Positions 57,001-64,000 of a stretch of 64,000 nt of DNA are shown here, piece by piece. A program made the position numbers and the translations under genes. Positions within the stretch are counted from its first letter, which is position 1, and each line of letters begins with the position of its first letter. The stretch covers positions 18,910,001 to 18,974,000 of the forward strand of contig CM120640.1 in the NCBI GenBank assembly GCA_051362555.1. The letters run 5' to 3'. The notes under the pieces were generated by a model, which saw only the letters and a list, made by a program, of their open reading frames with translations, was not told the origin of the DNA and ran no database searches. This stretch comes from Lingula anatina (Eukaryota; Animalia; Brachiopoda).

Positions 57001-60000
57001 TGTTTCCTAAGCTGATATTCAGATTTTTTTCTCTGATTCTGCCTTTGGGGGCAGATTCTGAGACCAGTGGCAGTGATATCTAGTAGATACAGTGGTACAG
57101 CCACCTGTCTATAAAGTCTAAAGCTTCTTACACCCTCATATGATTTATCTTTCTATGAATAGCTCAGAATATTAAGAAAACTATGGCAAATAAAGTCTTT
57201 CAACCACATTTCAGTTGAAGCAATATGTTGGTGTAGAGTTTCTTCCACCCCCATACCTTGTTTCTTAATTATTGTTGAAAAAAGTGATAATAATATTGAG
57301 AGATTGGTCCAACTAACTTTGGCAAATAAAGTCTTTCAACCACCTGCCAATTAAAGGATTCTTAAGTTTCTTCTGCCACCCCCACCCACACACACACAAA
57401 CACACATTATGTGTATTCTTTTATAAATGATTTGATCATTATATAAAGTAACCCATGGTAACAGTTCTGCTGTAAAGCTAGATATTCCCCCCAAAAAAAT
57501 GAAAAAATTCTGAGGCATTTCAATTTAGGATGAAATATATTGAAAATATTGATTGTCTATTTTTTGTAATATTTTAAGTTTCCTTTGAGTGGGGATTGAG
57601 CCATTTAAATTAGAACACAAGGCATTAAGTTGCAGTGCTTTGGAAAAAATGAATATGTAAGTCTTTTACACATTGTACAAGTGCCCTGGGGCATTCATAA
57701 GTGGTTGTTTCTCTAAGTCTGTGTGTGTTGGCATATTATTGCACATTTTGTAATCATCCCAATTAACTTGCTAAGGGCACCATGACCTTTCACCCCACTT
57801 CACCATGTCTGCTGTATAATTTTGGTCTGTTCACTTTACCAGACATTGATTTTTGTATGTGGTAGGAATAACAGACAAGGAATAATTTAATTTTCACTTT
57901 CAGCTTTTCCCTTAACACATTTCCTGTTTGATAAGGAATATCTGCTGATACCAGATAGCAGATATGAATGGGAATTAATGGCAGTTTGGAACCAAATTGG
58001 GAAAGACCAAATATTAATTATACTTCTGCTGCCATATCTGCAGTATTTATACTCCCCATAGGAAAAGACAGGTGAATATACTGCAGAGGGGTTGTCAATG
58101 TTTTCATCAGTGGATGCAATCTGCTTCTACAGCTTTCAATAATTAAGTTCCTATGAATTTTAGTACTCATACACTCGTACACAAAGCCCTTGACATATCT
58201 TTCTATCAGTTTATATATATATATTGTGAGATGTGGATATTGATGATTCTCCTTGACCTATTTTTCAAAGTCATGTGAACTGCATTTTAAAAACTTCTTA
58301 ACTTTTATTTTAAATGTGTAAATAAGGATCAAACCTTGTCAGTCATACCGCTACTGTATGTAGTGCAGATGTGCATAACAAATAAACATACTACCACTCT
58401 ACCATGGCTGCAGAGAAATTTATTTTCACAAGGTATTTGCTGATATTTTTATGGCTAATTTGGTGCACATTTCTGTCCCATGTGTCCAGCAAGAATTTTT
58501 GCAGGCAGAGTTTTCAGAAATGATGACATCACCCAGCTAATTTCTGGTACAGAGTATTAAAATTCTTTATGCCCTCTTAATTAATTTATGTGTATATCAT
58601 TATGTTTTTGTCATCGTAAAGACACTTTTTTTTTTGGTTATTTTATGGTACATGGTTTTCTGTAAATGATTGCCATATAGCTTACAGATTTTAAAACTTT
58701 TTCCACTCCTTGTGTTATAGTGTGTACATGTGTGTCTGATGTTCTGCAGCATGTAGCAGACCTTATCAATTATAACATAATTAAATCACCATCATGGAAA
58801 GATCAATAAGTGAAGTGTACATGATGTATATGAAATACATTTGCAAGTCAAGTATACACTGTTGTGGTGTAAGCTAGACTTCTAATATTCTGGCTGGAGG
58901 GTAATTTTCTAGACTACAGTCTCTGCCATTTTGACGATCACAGTTACCTTAATTTACTTTTTGTCCTCACAGTATTAGCAATAGGTGAAGTGATACAGTC
59001 ATGCAGATTTGCATTAGTAGAGCTGCACTTTGTGTATCAATAATATGTTATTAAGCCTGCCCGTAGATTTGACTTTTTTTTTATTTTTTTAAGTTTTATC
59101 ATGCTTAGGCTTCCCATCGGTGGACCTCATTTTACTTAAAGTGCTGGCTTGGGGTATTGAAAGCATGTACCATTAACTGTGTGGAATTTTCAGTGTATAT
59201 AAAAAAAGGTTAACACATCAAGTATCAGAATCTCCTACATAATTGCATATGCTGTACTTACTTAATAAAGGAAAATAATAACAAAACATAAATGCCAGAT
59301 GTAATGGGATGTTTCAGAATGATCTTTTGATATCTACCCTGTACAGTTATAGAAAAGTCAAAACATAAAGGTCAACTTAAATGCATGGATGAGCGATGAG
59401 CAAATATTCTTGAATGGCTAGACATGAAAAAGAAGAATCACACTGTGTATACAAGAAATGATACTTTTGCAGTAACCCTTGAATCAAGTTGAATGACAAG
59501 ACTTGCTGGAAAATTCTTTTTATTCTAGATGTGGATGTGGGCGTGCCAAGAAAAATCACACCGTCACCTCAGATATCTCTCTGCCGCTGCCAGATTCTTC
59601 TGTGCGTTGGGACTGTTGGAAACACACACAGTTGTTGCCCACAGATGCATTTGGCACCTTGGAGTTCCAAGGCGGGCCACATCCTACCAAAGCCCAGGTG
59701 ACGTGACCTTTATGTTGACCCTCAGAATGACCTTCAACATGATATTGACCTTGACATATTTTTCTTAAAGAACTGAAAATTAGGCAAAAAATGTTTCTGG
59801 TTGTTGATTTTTTCATGTTGTTGAAATTGTTAAAATATTAAAAAATGTTCAAATATGTGCTCATGGTACTGGAGATAATTTTAAACTCCTTTAAAAACTA
59901 TATAGTTCATATATGAAAAGATACAAGAAGATTAGCAAGTAAATAACAAGATTTACTGGTTCATTTTTGCAGTATGTACGAATGTCCCATGAAACCCAGC

Positions 60001-63000
60001 CAGAGGTTTTACTCCACCTCCTCACCAAGCACTGGGGCCTGGAGCTCCCAAAGCTCCTCATCTCGGTCCATGGGGGCATAGTGAACTTTGACCTCCAGCC
60101 CAAGCTGAAGAGGGTATTTAGGAAAGGTCTTCTCAAGGCGGCCAATACCACAGGTGCTTGGATTGTCACCGGGGGAACCAATACTGGTGGGTTTCTGCTA
60201 GAGAGTTCTGAAACCTTAACCAACCAACGATAATTAAAGAAGAAAATTCAAATTAAAATCACTGTTTGTCTTTATGGCATCACTCCTTGTCACAGGTACA
60301 TGTAGAACCAGCACTGGTGAGTTTTAAAGGTATTTTGAAAACCCTGTCAACCAAAAATAGACAAAAATCTTCATTCATCATTGTCACAGAGTTTGCCTTT
60401 TTGTTATCATCTATTGCTTAAAATCTCAGTATTGATGTGTTTTATTATTTTTGCAAATTATTGTTTGCTGTATATATTCTCTACACTAATCTCAAAACTC
60501 TTCTTTCAGGTGTAACGAGACATGTTGGAGAAGGAATAGGAGAACAGTCATTAAAAACAAGGAATAACATTGTAACTATTGGTATAGCACCCTGGGGAAT
60601 CGTCCACAACCGACAAGAGTTGATAGGAAAAGATGTAAGTCTGTTATTTGCCTGAGTGTTGAAATTGTATGTGCTAACAGGCACGTAGCCAGCAGTTTCA
60701 AAGATATTCTGAAAAGTGGACCTTTCTTTCTTTTCTTTTTTATTTTAATTGGCTTTTGCGAGTTTTTTATTGAAGAAAAGGCCATGTTACTGTTAGTCAT
60801 TTAAACATATTTAATTTGTTGAAAAGATTTTAAGTACAATCTTTCACTAATAGGGACTATCAGTAAACATTCCCAATATACTTATTATTGTTGTTATAAT
60901 AATAATAATAATAAGTACAATGTAAAAAATACAATTTCAATTTTGATAGCACATGGTATATGATATCAAATATCACAGAGCAAATACAAAAAAATGTTTC
61001 ACTTACAAATACAAAAATCTTACTGCAACTACCATCATATTATCTAAAAAGTAAAAAAAAAATGTTACAAGAAAATTTATCTATTCATAGAACCATAGCC
61101 TAACGTTCTATAAATGGATATATTTTGTTTGTTTGATTGCTAATGCAGGTTATTCAGTTATATGTTCATTAAATCAGAAAAAAGATTGAAAATTCAGTGT
61201 GGCATTCTGTGTTTGTCATTTTTAGTAATATTTTTTAAAAACTTAAAAAGCATACCGAAATGCATGGTTGCGACCTTTACGTAACCAAATAGAAGAGGCT
61301 AAATTCAGCAAAATTTCCCTTTATCAACTGAAAGAAAGTTATGATCTGTAAACCTGTTTTTGAACTCACAATTCCTAATATTTACCATAAAAATATACAT
61401 TTTTTGTATCAGTCTCAACACATTTTTGTCACAGGTTTTAGATTGAATTGGTGATGAAGGTAATTTTTCTGAAATTTTTTACATGCACAGTTGACACAGT
61501 TGCATCCATTTTAAGATTAACAAATTCATAGGTACCCATGTAAGTTTTGTTGCTATAGTGATTTGAACTTTGGATTCAATTACTATAGAACCCAATGGAG
61601 AATTTAAGTTTTTGCGTATATTTTCCATTTTCCTCACAGATGAAGTGCATTCAGAGTCCATATCTCCTACACATGCTCTCCAGTACATAGGCAGAGATAG
61701 ATAACAAAAAAAAAAAAATTAATAGGTACCCATGCAAATTTTGTTGCTGTGGCACCTTGTTTTTGATAAAACCGATTTGTATTGATTGATCTCCAGCACC
61801 AGCTCCTGACGCTAATCTGTGAGGTTGTTGCATAGTGTAGCAAAAGGACGCTACCTGAAGCAAAAATTGTTGAAATTTCCAGGAAAGGATTAGCACTCCT
61901 TGTTGAAGGTTAATGTAAGGTGAAGAGTGTTTTACAGACAATTAGTCCTTATTGTGCCTTTTGCATCAGTGAACCCTGGGCTTAGTCCAGATAACAAGCA
62001 TTCAGAAGTGTGCACCAGTGATATTTATGAGAAATAATTAACATTACTTGTGGAACTGTGGCAAAGAATGAACACTCCTAGGTTAGTTAGAAGTTGTCAT
62101 GCCAATGTGATAATAATACAGGGATGAGATTTTTTCCCCTCTATCGTCTTTTTGGTTGGTGTTGGCACTTACAACAGTAATAATATTTTTCAGACTATTA
62201 GCAGATTTCCGACTTTTAAGGAACTTAAAAGTCATATCCCTGATTACTGTAGAGTGATAAAGAGATGTGCTAATGATGTTAACCTGTTAATTGCGTCAGA
62301 CTCATTATCCACTACCTCCTTGAAGGGATATCACACCAGAAGGATGTGGAAGGCATTCAAATAATTTATTCAAGATATGTGTTTGTGTTTCTTGAAGCCA
62401 GTTGAGGTGACATTAATATTACAAAACCAGCATGTTCCTAATTTCAGTCTTATGAATTAAAAATCTACAGCTAAAAAGCATTTCTATACAATGTATTTAC
62501 TGTTCCTATGTATGTTTTCAAGTGGCAATAATGTTCTGGAATTTAAACAATATAAATCAAAGCACAGATAAAGTGTTTGTTCTTCTTTTGTTATACATGA
62601 ACATAATTCAAAGTAGTACATTGGTTGAATAATTGTTTGTTAGTTGCTGATACCATGTTTTGTAACAATAAATGTTTGAAGCATGTGTCATAATTATCTC
62701 TCTATCCATCTGTTTGACTTGAAATGCTCATTTTACAACCAAGAATGAACAAATTTGATCATGGTAATTTATATCAATGACTGAATTAAGGGCGTAGTGA
62801 ATGAATCAGGCATTTTTTCATAATTTACTTTGATTTTGTAATTGTTATGATAATGAATATTCATTTTGCCATTAACATTTTAGTGCACTTTTTATTTATT
62901 GGTGCATTATTGGTGGTATTTATTGGCATTTCCAACAATATATATATATATATAAACATATATATATATGAGAGCCAATATACATTTCAATAATATATTA

Positions 63001-63360
63001 GGTCTACAATCCATCATTGTAAAAGGAATGTGCATGCTGCTCCCACTGCTGCATTATTCTCATGTAGATCCATCTTTTTATAGAGAAAATGTACTCGGTT
63101 AATTGCTCTACCTGTTCCTTATATTGGTGCACATTTTTGGTGTATTTTCATGGCTGTGGATAACAGATGGTCAACATTCATTCTTCAGGTTGTCCGTCCA
63201 TATCACGCTATAGCTCCATCACACAGCCACTATGCTGTGCTGAACCAGTATCATTCCTATTTCTTTCTGGTGGATAATGGGACAGTCGGGAAGTATGGCG
63301 CAGAAATACAGCTGAGGAAGAAACTTGAGAAAGTCATCTCACTGCAGAAGATCACTAGTG
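40412..63360 (+). CDS. TRPM cation channel, TRPM1/3/6/7 clade, N-terminal MHR/SLOG exons; continues beyond window
   Basis: Exons 54330-54409 ([19 protein letters not shown]), 59529-59697 (RCGCGR...[13 protein letters not shown]), 59973-60186 ([20 protein letters not shown]...[12 protein letters not shown]), 60510-60634 (IGIAPWG), 63189-63360 ([18 protein letters not shown]). Phases consistent. First coding exon is inferred (40412-40495 is the most 5' candidate). Confidence 0.93.
40700..41050. repeat. Imperfect tandem duplication of roughly 185 bp
   Basis: TAGTAGAATT, AATTATTCT and GCCCCCTGGATGA..CTTGGTGTGCC..CACTTCCACATATATG each occur twice in register. Confidence 0.6.
45165..46410 (+). mobile_element. 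Decayed copy of the 146-bp-repeat Helentron family split by a TIR element
   Basis: Degenerate units at 45170-45407 and 46085-46350; family 3' motif CTGGTGGTACAATA near 46363. Confidence 0.65.
45408..46076. mobile_element. 669-bp non-autonomous DNA transposon, about 76-bp TIRs, 8-bp TSD (hAT- or P-type)
   Basis: TIR CACCCTGAGCTTCAGAGATAACTTGACAC...GTCAAGTTACCTCTGAC with near-perfect inverse at the right end; TSD TATATTGG at 45400-45407 and 46077-46084. Confidence 0.92.
47969..48005. repeat. (GT)n microsatellite
   Basis: Uninterrupted GT run. Confidence 0.95.
55004..55305 (-). mobile_element. Short HINE / non-autonomous Helentron, second family
   Basis: On minus: TTACCCCTGCCAAGGAGGTGATGTTTT, (GTCT)n microsatellite, 3' CCTTGGCGGAGGT subTIR, hairpin GCGCTCT-C-AGAGTGC, CTAGTT end. 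Confidence 0.8.
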
Positions 63361-63400
63361 GTACGTAGTGTTGATGTCGCAGACATTGATGTATGTACAG

Positions 63401-63403
<3 letters not shown>

Positions 63404-63454
<51 letters not shown>
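63404..63454. repeat. (CA)n microsatellite
   Basis: Uninterrupted CA run after the last visible TRPM exon. Confidence 0.95.
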
Positions 63455-63457
<3 letters not shown>

Positions 63458-64000
63458 AATGCATGTACACATGCATGCACTCACACAGGGATGCATAGTA
63501 TTCATATTATTTTATGTATATGAAAAAATACTAAGAATTATCAAGATTTATGAATTAATATGTTTTGATGTCAATTCTTAACAGATCAATCTTTGCAGAT
63601 AAAAAGATGTTTTTTGCGTGACACAAGGGAGATGGTTATTGACCCTAAAGCACTTACATTCATGACTATTTTAATATTCATCACAAGTCATGGTTGGCAC
63701 TGATGATCTGTTCTTGCCATTCATTCATTCATTCATAAATAGATTGGCAATAAATTCATTTACTCCTGCTTTGTGTTTGATATTATACTATAGACCTGGC
63801 TTGGTGAAATTACTTTGGGATAGGAAATGAAAAATGAATATAATACTAATAAGCTCTAACAGTCAGTGACATTTTCCCAGTTTCAAACTAATATCTAACA
63901 GGTTCTCTTTTGTTTGAAGCCTGTTTAGTATGGGTATCAGCACATGCCAAGTTTATAGGCATTCAAAGCACATTAGACCTTTCTTTATGTAGCAAAAGAA

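Noticed and set aside
57184-57345. 24-bp direct repeat TGGCAAATAAAGTCTTTCAACCAC 136 bp apart
   Set aside because: Looks like a small local duplication in an intron with no further structure.
59700-59760. Cluster of TGACC(T) motifs after a TRPM donor
   Set aside because: Short and irregular; could be a decayed repeat fragment, with no evidence of function.

Overview
AT-rich, intron-containing eukaryotic DNA from an invertebrate animal, probably a mollusc or other lophotrochozoan (inferred from gene content and repeat types, not proven). I reconstructed the spliced genes by hand. In order: the 3' part of a membrane-type matrix metalloproteinase (+); delta-tubulin (-) head-to-head with mitochondrial ribosomal protein mL50 (+); an intronless 890-aa orphan ORF followed by a YdjC/ChbG deacetylase (+); a 10-exon divergent Ser/Thr kinase (-); and the 5' part of a large TRPM1/3/6/7-type channel gene (+) that runs off the window. 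The strongest unusual signal is a recurring pattern of one locus giving several proteins. The MMP has a duplicated, mutually exclusive hemopexin exon pair. The orphan ORF and YdjC appear to hang on one shared non-coding first exon. The TRPM gene has four candidate alternative N-terminal exons plus a 21-nt micro-exon. Mobile elements include a Helentron/HINE carrying a 146-bp array with 3-mer higher-order periodicity and tandem DR1 motifs, four Harbinger-like MITEs, and TIR elements with 6- and 8-bp target duplications. All splice models are predictions from sequence alone.
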